Source: Odoribacter sp. (GTDB lineage: Bacteria; Bacteroidota; Bacteroidia; Bacteroidales; Prolixibacteraceae). From it: a stretch of DNA of 64,000 nucleotides. The translations under genes and the position numbers were made by a program. A model generated the notes under the pieces. That model did not search any database. It saw only the letters and a list, made by a program, of their open reading frames with translations, and had not been told where the DNA came from. This document shows, piece after piece, positions 1 through 8,554 of this stretch. The stretch lies in the NCBI GenBank assembly GCA_013824715.1, contig PNOH01000019.1, forward strand, positions 17,209-81,208, in the 5' to 3' direction. The number at the start of each line of letters is the position of its first letter. Position 1 is the stretch's first letter.

Positions 1-1
1 A

Positions 2-1927
2 GCACCGTACAATACTGATGGAACCATCAACCTGTACCCGATGAAAGGCCATATTGACGAAATGGTTTATCTGAATCCACTAACAATAGATAATAAAGAT
101 GCTATTAGTAACAGCAGTAGAAGGATGAGATCTTTCAACAGCTTGTATGGCGAATGGAGTATTCTGCAAAGTTTGAAGTACAGATTAAATCTGGGGCTCG
201 ATTTCTCACAAACCCAAGGTGGCTCATATTACGGACCCAATACGCTGTTCAATGCGGGGACTACCCTGGCGCAGGCAAGAGCAAACGTAAACAATAATGA
301 ATTCTATTCATACACCATTGAAAACCTGTTGCTATTTGATAAAACATTTGGCAAACACAAGGTAGGTTTCACCGGACTATATAGTGTTCAAAAGGATCAT
401 ACAAGAAGCAGCAATTTCGACGGGCTTGGGATACCTAATGATATCATACAGAACACGAACATGTATTTTGTCACAACACTAACGGCTCCAAATACAAACA
501 ATTTCCTGATCGAAAAGGGTTTGATATCTTACATGGCACGCATCAATTACGGCTACGACAACCGGTACCTGCTGACGGCTTCGTTAAGAAGGGATGGCGC
601 CTCTGTATTATCCCCCGGTCATCAGTATTTTACTTATCCCGCGATTGCCCTGGCATGGAACATTTCCAACGAACAGTTTTTTAAAAACATACCAGCCATT
701 ACAAATTTAAAATTACGTGCAGGCTGGGGTAAAACTGCAAATGCCGGGATCAACCCTTATTCAACTTTGGGTGCCCTCAGTACTGTTAACTACAATTTCG
801 GAACTTCCGGATTAACCGGATTCCTGGTTTCAACTTTAGCCAACAAATCCCTGAAATGGGAATCAACTGAGCAGAGTAACCTGGGTCTCGATTTTGGATT
901 CTTTAAAAACCGGATTTCAGGAACAATTGATGTATATAATCAAAAGACAGAGGATATTCTTCTGGGTATGAGTTTACCAAGAAGCAATGGCGCTGGCTCG
1001 GTGGTAGTCAATGCAGGTAAAACAAAAGGGCGGGGCATCGAAATCAATATATCTACAATCAATTTTGAACTGAATAATGGATTTAAGTGGATAACCGATT
1101 TTACTTTTTCAATCAACAGGAATGAAATTTCTGCACTTCAAAATCCAACTTTGAAGGCCGATGTTGGAAACGGATGGTTTGTTGGCCAACCATTGACCGT
1201 TATTTACGACCTGAAAAAGATCGGCATCTGGCAAACTGCTGATGCTACAGTTTTAGCAACTCAAATTACACCCAAACAGTTTGTCGGACAAATCAGGATT
1301 GAGGACTTGAACAAGGACTTTAAGATTGATGCAAACGACAGGCAGATCATTGGCAACTTTGAACCCAAGTGGATTGGTGGTTTTACTTCTACCTTTTCTT
1401 TTAAAGGGATCGAACTTTCAGCCGTGTTATATTCCAGAATAGGTATGCTCGTCGGCGTTCCTTATGTGACTGCTGATGGTGGCGCACAAGGTTACCCCAT
1501 GTTTATGCAAAGCAGGCGTAATCAGTTGAAAGTTGATTACTGGACGCCCAACAATCCTACTAATAAATTTCCAAGGCCTGATGCCAGCAAAGACAATCCA
1601 ATGTTTGGTTCCACCCTGGGATATATTGACGGATCGTTTGTAAAAATCAGAACAATTGACCTATCGTACAACATTCCATCCAAATATTTTGCAAAATCAG
1701 GGATCAATTCATTGAAAGTTTTTGTAAATATTCTGAATCCGCTGGTCCTGTATTCACCATTTGTCAAAGAAGGATACGGGCCTGATCCTGAAGGAAACGG
1801 GTATGGCGGAACTGTTACTTCTCCACTGGCCGGAGGAAGCACTTCAATACCTGGCCGTGCAATCACTGTCAATGCAAATACCCCATCGACACGGCAGGTT
1901 AATTTTGGTTTAAATCTGAAATTTTAA
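2..1927 (+). CDS. SusC/RagA-family TonB-dependent outer-membrane receptor, C-terminal ~640 aa (5' end lies upstream of the window)
   Basis: The frame of ORF 41..1927 stays open back to nt 2, so the gene starts upstream. Long Gly/Asn/Tyr-rich beta-strand-type sequence ends in ...FGLNLKF (terminal Phe typical of OM barrels). A SusD-like gene follows 18 nt downstream. Confidence 0.85.
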   Translation, partial: APYNTDGTINLYPMKGHIDEMVYLNPLTIDNKDAISNSSRRMRSFNSLYGEWSILQSLKYRLNLGLDFSQTQGGSYYGPNTLFNAGTTLAQARANVNNNEFYSYTIENLLLFDKTFGKHKVGFTGLYSVQKDHTRSSNFDGLGIPNDIIQNTNMYFVTTLTAPNTNNFLIEKGLISYMARINYGYDNRYLLTASLRRDGASVLSPGHQYFTYPAIALAWNISNEQFFKNIPAITNLKLRAGWGKTANAGINPYSTLGALSTVNYNFGTSGLTGFLVSTLANKSLKWESTEQSNLGLDFGFFKNRISGTIDVYNQKTEDILLGMSLPRSNGAGSVVVNAGKTKGRGIEINISTINFELNNGFKWITDFTFSINRNEISALQNPTLKADVGNGWFVGQPLTVIYDLKKIGIWQTADATVLATQITPKQFVGQIRIEDLNKDFKIDANDRQIIGNFEPKWIGGFTSTFSFKGIELSAVLYSRIGMLVGVPYVTADGGAQGYPMFMQSRRNQLKVDYWTPNNPTNKFPRPDASKDNPMFGSTLGYIDGSFVKIRTIDLSYNIPSKYFAKSGINSLKVFVNILNPLVLYSPFVKEGYGPDPEGNGYGGTVTSPLAGGSTSIPGRAITVNANTPSTRQVNFGLNLKF

Positions 1928-1945
1928 CCTTTAAAAACTTGATTT

Positions 1946-3688
1946 ATGAAAAATATAAATATCAGAATAGCCAGTATCCTGTCAGTTTTAACTTTAATAA
2001 TTGCTCCTGGCTGCGAAAAACTATTGGAAGAGCATCCGCAGTCTTCCATTTCACCTACATTTTTTGAAACGCCTGCCGGTGTATTAGGCGGTATTGCCGG
2101 CGTCTATTCCGACTTGCGTAATTTATGGGGCACTGAAGGCTTTGGGGCCACTTGTGTTGCCGGCACAGACGACCACCTTATGGGTGGAAGTGCAAGCGGA
2201 CAAACTTTCTACACATACAACGGCCTTAACCTCGACGGGATGGCTGGGTTTTGGCAGATTGCTTACCAGGATATCAATACCCTGAACGGGGTCCTTGAGT
2301 TTGGAGCTACAATAAAACTGGATGATGCAACCAGGAAAAGTTACCTTGCCCAGGCCAAATTCCTCAGAGGATTCTATTATTTTCATTTAGTACAAACTTT
2401 TGGCGATGTCCCATTGCACCTTGAATTTGTAACCGATGCCAAATCCTCTGATTCCCGGGCACCTCTTGTTGAGGTATATAATGCTGTTATCAAGGACCTG
2501 ACAGAGGCTGTAGCCGAATTACCTGTAATCCCGACCGCTCCGTTTACAGGCAAGGCAGCAACACAAGCTACTGCAAAATATCTGCTGGCAAAGGTTTACC
2601 TGACAAGAGGCTGGTCATCAGTTGCACAAACTGATGATTTCCAGAAGGCTTATTCAACTGCAAAAGACCTGATCGACAATAAAGCTACTTACGGAATCGA
2701 CCTGTGGCAGGATTATGCCGATGTGAACAAGGATGGGAATGATTATGGGAAGGAAGCCTTATTTGTGGTAGATCATAATGCTGATCCGAAATTTGGTGAT
2801 TGGTCTTCGCAGGCATCAGGAGGGAAAGTTAACCTTATGGCAAGTCTTTACCGTCCGAATTATCCGACGATGAATGCCAATTTCCCGGCATCCGGAGGGA
2901 GCGGTGTTATGGTAAGGGATATAGCTAATGGTCGCCCGTATATCAGGACCAGGCCAAATCCCAATTATATATACAATCAGGCCTTTGCTGAGAGAGCCAA
3001 TGATTCGAGGTATGAAAAATCATTCCAGACGGTTTGGATTGCCAACACCGCAAGCAATGTAACAACTCCCAGGGGAACACTTGTCGTTGGAAGGGACACA
3101 GCCATCTGGATGCCTCCGTATGAAGTTTCAGCAGCGCGCCGAACAGCTTTCAAGGGTATTCTCTTAACACCAAAAGGCGAAAACGGCGGAACCGCATATA
3201 CACCGGTATTTTTTCCTGCCCTTAGTAAATTTAATGATCCATCAAGGGCTCACATGAACGACCCGTCAGACAGACCGCATATTTTGTTCAGGTTTGCCGA
3301 GGTTTACATGATTGCTGCCGAAGCCGCCTTCAAAATGAATAAACTTCAGGATGCTGCCGATATGATTAATATTATCCGTCGCAGGGCAGCTTACCGGAGC
3401 GCCAATTCTGCTGCTCAGAATACGGCCGCAGCTACTGCAATGGAAATTAAACCGGCTGATGTGACTATCGATTTCATCCTGGATGAACGTACCCGCGAGT
3501 TTTATGGCGAATTACTCCGTTGGTGGGACCTGGTTCGCACCAGGCAACTGCTTGCAAGGGTAACTAAATGGAATACCGAAGCTACTCCGTACATAAAAGA
3601 TTTTCATGTTTTAAGGCCGATACCTGTGACAATTCAGATCGACCTGGTAACCGAAGGGCCAAAATTCCCTCAGAATCCGGGATATTAA
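1946..3688 (+). CDS. SusD/RagB-family nutrient-binding outer-membrane lipoprotein
   Basis: Signal peptide ending in a lipobox-like ...IAPGC. 580 aa. C-terminal ...ERTREFYGELLRWWDLVRT motif typical of the family. Sits directly after a SusC-like gene. Confidence 0.85.
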   Translation: MKNINIRIASILSVLTLIIAPGCEKLLEEHPQSSISPTFFETPAGVLGGIAGVYSDLRNLWGTEGFGATCVAGTDDHLMGGSASGQTFYTYNGLNLDGMAGFWQIAYQDINTLNGVLEFGATIKLDDATRKSYLAQAKFLRGFYYFHLVQTFGDVPLHLEFVTDAKSSDSRAPLVEVYNAVIKDLTEAVAELPVIPTAPFTGKAATQATAKYLLAKVYLTRGWSSVAQTDDFQKAYSTAKDLIDNKATYGIDLWQDYADVNKDGNDYGKEALFVVDHNADPKFGDWSSQASGGKVNLMASLYRPNYPTMNANFPASGGSGVMVRDIANGRPYIRTRPNPNYIYNQAFAERANDSRYEKSFQTVWIANTASNVTTPRGTLVVGRDTAIWMPPYEVSAARRTAFKGILLTPKGENGGTAYTPVFFPALSKFNDPSRAHMNDPSDRPHILFRFAEVYMIAAEAAFKMNKLQDAADMINIIRRRAAYRSANSAAQNTAAATAMEIKPADVTIDFILDERTREFYGELLRWWDLVRTRQLLARVTKWNTEATPYIKDFHVLRPIPVTIQIDLVTEGPKFPQNPGY

Positions 3689-3755
3689 AGTTCACTTTGG
3701 TTAATTTAATCTTGGCTTGCTTACTTTATAAGTTAGCCCCATATTAAATATCAAA

Positions 3756-3786
3756 CACTTACACATTCATTTGTGTAGGTGTTTTT
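3756..3786 (+). terminator. Rho-independent terminator of the susC/susD-like operon
   Basis: 10-bp stem CACTTACACA/TGTGTAGGTG (one G-U pair), 6-nt loop, then TTTTT. Lies about 70 nt after the susD-like stop. Confidence 0.7.
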
Positions 3787-3797
3787 CGTTGTACGCC

Positions 3798-3968
3798 GTG
3801 CATGGCGAATAACTTGACGGTGTAAGTCCGTTATGAGCTTGGTAGTAGGAATCATTAGCCAAAGGCAAGGGTGTCGTGGGTGACTGCGAATCTGAAGGAA
3901 GCCGTATGCCGAACGGCACGTACGGTGGTGTGAAAGGACAGTAGGTGAAATAATCACCTACTTCCTAC
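3798..3968 (+). mobile_element. Internally deleted (ORF-less) group IIC intron remnant: 5' part of domain I fused to domains V and VI
   Basis: Starts GUGCA. Contains GGUGUAAGUCC...UUAGCCAAAGGCAAGGGUGUCGUGGGUGAC..GAAUCUGAAGGAAGC, which closely resembles (from memory) the 5' ~110 nt of the Oceanobacillus iheyensis IIC intron. This runs straight into a domain V-like hairpin, CGUAUGCC-GAAC-GGCAC-GUACGGUGGUGUG, with the 2-nt AC bulge. An 8-bp hairpin (GUAGGUGA/UCACCUAC) follows, and the element ends ...CUACUUCCUAC. No reverse-transcriptase ORF is present. It lies 11 nt after a terminator T-run. Confidence 0.7.
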
Positions 3969-3983
3969 TCGATTTGGATAGGA

Positions 3984-4472
3984 TTATAAACAACCAATAA
4001 AACCTTGTCGGTTACGGATGGCGGATACTCTCCCTAATATGAGTGTAGTCAGGAGGAGGGCAACTTTTAATCGTTTCCGGGATTTGACCTGCTTTACATC
4101 AATAGTTTGTTCGCTGGAACCGGATTCCTTTAAATTTCTCTTCCCAACTTCCCAGAGAGGAAAACCATAGTAATCGTGAAAACATTTGGTGAAATAAGTA
4201 ACGCTTCCAAAACCAACCTGGAAAGCGACTTCCGAAACCGTCAAAGCAGTTTGCTGAAGCATTTCCATCGCCCGTTTCAACCGGTGCTGGCGGATAAACT
4301 GGCTAACCGAGGTTTTTGTGATTGATATTACTTTGCGATGGAGGTTCGAGCGGCTCATATTCATTTCCCGCGCCAGTTCCGACACTCCAAACTGCCCGTT
4401 GGTTAAATTGGCTTCTGTCAGTTCAGTAAGCTTTATCAGGAATTGCTCTTCTGTTGATGAATTAAGCGGCAC
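3984..4472 (-). CDS. AraC/XylS-type HTH protein with a single C-terminal hydrophobic helix (possibly a truncated gene)
   Basis: GTG start with an in-frame stop 5 codons upstream. Residues ~25-115 match the dual-HTH AraC domain (VSELAREMNMSRSNLHRKV...RLKRAMEMLQ...VAFQVGFGSVTYFTKCFHDYYG). A basic stretch and the helix VALLLTTLILG follow, and the stop lies 16 nt from the intron remnant. Confidence 0.7.
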   Translation of the reverse strand: MPLNSSTEEQFLIKLTELTEANLTNGQFGVSELAREMNMSRSNLHRKVISITKTSVSQFIRQHRLKRAMEMLQQTALTVSEVAFQVGFGSVTYFTKCFHDYYGFPLWEVGKRNLKESGSSEQTIDVKQVKSRKRLKVALLLTTLILGRVSAIRNRQGFIGCL

Positions 4473-4686
4473 GGGGTGAATAGTTTAATTCATTGATTGG
4501 TAATTTTTTGATATAAAAATTGATGTCTGCGGCCAATAGTTGATATACGTTAAAAAAACAAATTGGGTTGATCTTTAATGATTTAATTGAGATCAGATAG
4601 TTTTATTCGTGCAAAGAGCCATTTTTTATCTTATAAAAAATTTAAATGAGTATTCGTTTAACTAAAAAATGGAGAAATGGGTCGAT

Positions 4687-4812
4687 TATCCTTTGCCGTT
4701 GACTTTAGTCAACGGTTGCAGGGAGATAATGCTACCGGGCTTTAGCCCAAATGGACTGTGGCTAAAGCCATTAGCCTCAGTCGCCCAATCATCCGTCTGC
4801 TGAAGCAGACGG
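4687..4812. repeat. REP-like array of four GC-clamped hairpins with YTTTAG/CTAAAG/CTGAAG loops
   Basis: The hairpins are CCGTTGA-CTTTAG-TCAACGG (4696-4715), GGG-CTTTAG-CCC (4737-4748), TGG-CTAAAG-CCA (4759-4770) and CCGTCTG-CTGAAG-CAGACGG (4793-4812). The leader TTATCCTTTGCCGTT recurs in reverse orientation at 44722-44754. Confidence 0.7.
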
Positions 4813-4860
4813 CAAAGAATAGTTTACTAAGCAAGCGGATACTCATTAATATTAGAACAA

Positions 4861-4899
4861 AAAAGAGAGACTGTACTCGCAGGAGACAGCCTCTCTTTT
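4861..4899. terminator. Bidirectional hairpin terminator downstream of the minus-strand gene 4956..5687
   Basis: AAAA-AGAGAGACTGT...ACAGCCTCTCT-TTTT: an 11-bp stem with one mismatch, flanked by an A-run and a T-run. Confidence 0.6.
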
Positions 4900-4955
4900 C
4901 AATCAGAACCACTTACTTTTCAGGTCATCATTCCCTGAAAATATCAGATTAACAT

Positions 4956-5687
4956 CTATTTCCCCAAAATCTGTATCAATTCAGCAAATCCCTTGAATTC
5001 ACGAAAATCATCAGTCAGATAGTCGGGTTCAAATTGAATATTGCCGTTTTCGTATAAAGTCTTAATCCTGCTCCAATCCCTGCGGGCTCCTTCTTCATCC
5101 CCGAGTTCATATCTGCACAAGCCTCTGGCTGCCAACAGGCTTTCTTCATTGGGTAACAGCGTTATTCCCATATCATAGTATTTCAATGCCTTTTTGGGAT
5201 CTTTCTTTATAAAGAGCATCTTATTCCCCTTATCTGAACAGTTTTTCGCCATTAACCTGAAATCGTTACTTTTATGAAGTTTAAAAACTAACGAGACTTC
5301 TTTAACCATGGCAACCGGTTCGCCATTAACAGAGGCTGGTTTCCACATACCGCTGCTAACTTCCAAAACCCGGATGACTTCTTTGTCAATCTCGGAACAA
5401 ACGCTGTTAATCACATTAAATTCGATCAGCTCACCTTTTGGGGTGACGACAAACTGAATAACTTCGGTTCCTTGTAATCTGCCATTAACCGACTTCTGTG
5501 GGAATTCAATATTATTAGCCAGAAAGTCGTCAATAGATTTCACATTCTTTCCCTGCCAGATTGTTTCTGTTCCCGGAAATGTTGGCGAGATAACTTCTAT
5601 TTCTTTCATCGTGTTTGATTTCCCATTTTGTCCGAATGTGATGACTGTTAAAATCATGCACAGAATGAAAATTACCTTTGTTTTCAT
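4956..5687 (-). CDS. Secreted TonB C-terminal-domain-like protein with a TPR-like tail
   Basis: N-terminal signal peptide. The central segment NIEFPQKSVNGRLQGTEVIQFVVTPKGELIEFNVI...WKPASVNGEPV resembles the TonB_C fold motif. The C-terminus is helical and repeat-like. Confidence 0.5.
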   Translation of the reverse strand: MKTKVIFILCMILTVITFGQNGKSNTMKEIEVISPTFPGTETIWQGKNVKSIDDFLANNIEFPQKSVNGRLQGTEVIQFVVTPKGELIEFNVINSVCSEIDKEVIRVLEVSSGMWKPASVNGEPVAMVKEVSLVFKLHKSNDFRLMAKNCSDKGNKMLFIKKDPKKALKYYDMGITLLPNEESLLAARGLCRYELGDEEGARRDWSRIKTLYENGNIQFEPDYLTDDFREFKGFAELIQILGK

Positions 5688-5767
5688 GATGTTAAAATTT
5701 AAATGGTTACATTAATCTGATCAGTCCTGAATTTATTCCTGAGTGTCTTCGTGATTGCAAATATGAT

Positions 5768-7003
5768 TTGATTCTGCTCGACATGAATTTTGCCAGGGGC
5801 AATACTTCAGGAAAAGAAGGGCTTGCATGGCTTGTACGGATTCTTGAGATTAATCCTGAAGCAAGGGTAATAACAACTACCGCATACGGTGAAATAGATC
5901 TGGCTGTTCAGGCGATGAAGCTTGGTGCAGTTGATTTCATCATTAAACCATGGAATAAAGATCAACTGCTTGCATCCATTAGGAATGTTTTTGCACAAAA
6001 CCGGATTGATAAAGCTGACAAGAAACATAAATACAATCGTCCTGATTCAGATCATATCCTAAACAGCAGATACCCACAAATTTTCAGCAAGTCGGCAAGC
6101 ATGATGCAAGTTCTTGAGACTATAAAAACAGTTGCACCCACAGATGCCAATGTGCTGATCATGGGTGAAAACGGAACAGGCAAAGAGCTTGCAGCCTGGT
6201 CACTGCACAGCGAGTCATTAAGGAAAAACAATGCATTTGTACATGTTGACCTGGGCGCTATTCCTGAGACCCTCTTTGAAGCTGAGTTGTTTGGTCATAC
6301 ACGTGGTGCATTTACAGATGCAAAAGAAGACCGGACCGGCAGATTTCAGGCAGCTTCAGGTGGCACCTTATTCCTTGACGAGATCGGGAATCTGAACAAG
6401 TCCATGCAGGCAAAAATCCTTACAGCAGTTCAGCACAGGGAGATTATTAAAATAGGCACCAATCAACCGGTATCAATAAATATCAGGCTGATCTCAGCCA
6501 CCAATATGCCATTGTATCAGATGGCCGAATCGTTTGAATTCAGGCAGGATCTGCTTTACCGCATTAACACTGTTGAAATAATATTGCCTCCTCTCAGAGA
6601 ACGCAAGGAGGATATCAGCCTGATTGCGGACTATTATATAAAACAATACTCTGAACAGTATGGAAAACAGGGAATCAGTATAACGGCAGATACCCTCGGG
6701 AAGTTGGAACATTATCAATGGCCAGGCAATATAAGGGAACTTGCCCATGCAATTGAAAGAGCTGTTATACTCAATAAGAGCGGTACGCTGAAGCCTGAAG
6801 ATTTTATCCTGAAAATTAAGGTACAACCATCACCTTTGATGGATGAACCAATTGTTAGCGTGGAGGATTATGAAAGAAAAGCGATAATAAATGCTTTAAG
6901 CAAAAATAATGGAAACCTCTCCAGGGCTGCAAATGATTTAGGTGTTGCAAGATCTACTTTATACAGGAAGATTTCTCAATTTGGATTGGAATTCTGGAAA
7001 TAA
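5768..7003 (+). CDS. Sigma-54-dependent (NtrC-family) response regulator with an N-terminally truncated receiver domain
   Basis: AAA+ core with Walker A GENGTGKE, GAFTDA loop and Walker B LFLDEIG, plus a C-terminal Fis-type HTH (NLSRAANDLGVARSTLYRKI). The receiver retains the phospho-acceptor context DLILLDMNF and the KPW motif. The frame hits a stop at 5711-5713, about 35-40 aa short of a full REC domain. Confidence 0.85.
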   Translation: MILLDMNFARGNTSGKEGLAWLVRILEINPEARVITTTAYGEIDLAVQAMKLGAVDFIIKPWNKDQLLASIRNVFAQNRIDKADKKHKYNRPDSDHILNSRYPQIFSKSASMMQVLETIKTVAPTDANVLIMGENGTGKELAAWSLHSESLRKNNAFVHVDLGAIPETLFEAELFGHTRGAFTDAKEDRTGRFQAASGGTLFLDEIGNLNKSMQAKILTAVQHREIIKIGTNQPVSINIRLISATNMPLYQMAESFEFRQDLLYRINTVEIILPPLRERKEDISLIADYYIKQYSEQYGKQGISITADTLGKLEHYQWPGNIRELAHAIERAVILNKSGTLKPEDFILKIKVQPSPLMDEPIVSVEDYERKAIINALSKNNGNLSRAANDLGVARSTLYRKISQFGLEFWK

Positions 7004-7030
7004 AGTATTCATTACATCAAAACTGATCGT

Positions 7031-8482
7031 TTGAGTTCGAATCTTAGTATTTCAAAAACAATGTCTATGAAGAAGATATGGAACTATATTTCAAATCTCG
7101 GCATCAGGGAGGATGACAATGAGTCGGCCCGACGGACAATTATGCTTAACAACAAGCTTAACTTTGTGATGCTGGTCTCCATGGTATTGCTTCTTACCTA
7201 TGTCGTTCCGTCAATGCTTCTTACCAACAAACCGATTTCCTACGGTAACCTCAGAATTGCAATTCTGATTGGGTTCAATTTTCTGAACCTTGCAATTGCA
7301 GGCTTTGGATTGACCATGATAAGCAGATTATTGCTCGTTTTTATTCCACCTGTTCTTTTCCTGATTGTACCTACCTTTATTGGTTATGTTGAAGAAGAAA
7401 GTTATACCTATTATCCTTATATACTTATTTGCACTTCTATCATTCCTCAGTTGCTCCTTCATCCTAAAAATGAAAGGTTTTTGTTCTGGCTATCTATAGC
7501 CTATTATTTTGTCATGGTGCTATTTATTGATTGGTTTATGGTTCATTTTGAGACAATCCAATTTCCAATAGTTGACAGAATAAATACCTTCTACCCCTTT
7601 TATAAAATTGCCCAAATTGTGATGTTTATATTCATCAACGCCTGTATATATTACCTGCGGATGCTTAGTTTCCGTTTTGAAGATGAGTTGTACCGAAAAA
7701 ATCGTGAGCTGGATAAACAGAACCTTGAATTGATCAACCAGAAAAGCGAGATAGAACGTCAAAAAGATGAGCTTGTAAAAAAAGAAACAAGTACCTGGCA
7801 GAAGCTGGTTAATATTATTTCGCATGAAATATTAAATTCAGCTATTCCCATTACCAATCTGGCGGGTATGGGTAGTCAGATGCTTGAAGACGAGTCGGGT
7901 GCTGTTCTGAAACCCGCAAAAATAGATGGGGAGACCATTGAGGATATTCATCATGGACTAAAAATTATTGAATCGAGAACCAGGGCTCTTATAAATTTTG
8001 TTACCTCCACTAAAAGTCTGACTCATATTCCGAGACCAACCATCAGGCAAATACGCATCGGGGAGTTATTCGACCGGATTATAATTCTTTTTCAGCCCAG
8101 GTTTAAAGAGAAGGGAATTCAATTTGAAAAGCATATTAACCCACCTGAGCTTACCGTTGATGCAGATATGGAACTTATTGAAAATGTGATCATAAACCTT
8201 ATTCTGAATGCGATTGAGGCGATGGAAGAAATCCCGGCAGCCAGACTTTCATTCGTCGCAGAAAAAAGTGAACTGAACCAGGTTCATATATCCGTAACAG
8301 ACAATGGAAAAGGTATAAGTGATGAAGTTCTGGAACATATCTTTCTCCCATACTATTCTACAAAACCAAATAACTCAGGGATAGGATTGAGCTTGGCGCA
8401 ACAGATCATGATGTTGCATAATGCCCGGCTGGAAGTAACTTCAAAACCTGGTGAAGGAGCTATCTTTACGATGATATTTTGA
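7031..8482 (+). CDS. Membrane sensor histidine kinase (multi-TM input, HisKA-like H-box, HATPase_c)
   Basis: About 6 hydrophobic helices, then a coiled coil. H-box ISHEILNS, N-box NLILNAIEA, G-boxes TDNGKGI and GIGLSLAQQIM. TTG start at 7031, with alternative ATGs at 7061 and 7067. Lies downstream of the sigma-54 regulator. Confidence 0.85.
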   Translation: MSSNLSISKTMSMKKIWNYISNLGIREDDNESARRTIMLNNKLNFVMLVSMVLLLTYVVPSMLLTNKPISYGNLRIAILIGFNFLNLAIAGFGLTMISRLLLVFIPPVLFLIVPTFIGYVEEESYTYYPYILICTSIIPQLLLHPKNERFLFWLSIAYYFVMVLFIDWFMVHFETIQFPIVDRINTFYPFYKIAQIVMFIFINACIYYLRMLSFRFEDELYRKNRELDKQNLELINQKSEIERQKDELVKKETSTWQKLVNIISHEILNSAIPITNLAGMGSQMLEDESGAVLKPAKIDGETIEDIHHGLKIIESRTRALINFVTSTKSLTHIPRPTIRQIRIGELFDRIIILFQPRFKEKGIQFEKHINPPELTVDADMELIENVIINLILNAIEAMEEIPAARLSFVAEKSELNQVHISVTDNGKGISDEVLEHIFLPYYSTKPNNSGIGLSLAQQIMMLHNARLEVTSKPGEGAIFTMIF

Positions 8483-8513
8483 AAACACCTGATTTTATCT
8501 CACTTATTGGTTA

Positions 8514-8544
8514 TTTGTACCAAAAAATGTATTTTTGGTACAAA
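8514..8544. promoter_or_regulatory. Perfect 13-bp inverted repeat (TTTGTACCAAAAA-N5-TTTTTGGTACAAA) overlapping a TAnnTTTG -7 box in front of the Fic gene
   Basis: Read directly from the sequence. The -7-like box TATTTTTG is at 8530-8537 and the probable ATG at 8555. Confidence 0.5.
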
Positions 8545-8554
8545 TAAAGAAAAC

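Noticed and set aside
3751-3957. 68-aa minus-strand ORF from the track
   Set aside because: It lies entirely inside the terminator and group II intron remnant. The Cys/Arg/His-rich peptide shows no coding signal. It is most likely a chance ORF across a structured RNA element.
4687-4812. Possible CRISPR array (regularly spaced hairpins)
   Set aside because: The four hairpins have different stem sequences and irregular spacing (about 20-40 nt). There are no identical repeats of 24 nt or more, and no cas genes in the window.
4758-4952. 64-aa plus-strand ORF from the track
   Set aside because: It is a translation of the REP-like hairpin array and the bidirectional terminator. There is no start context and the composition is repeat-derived.
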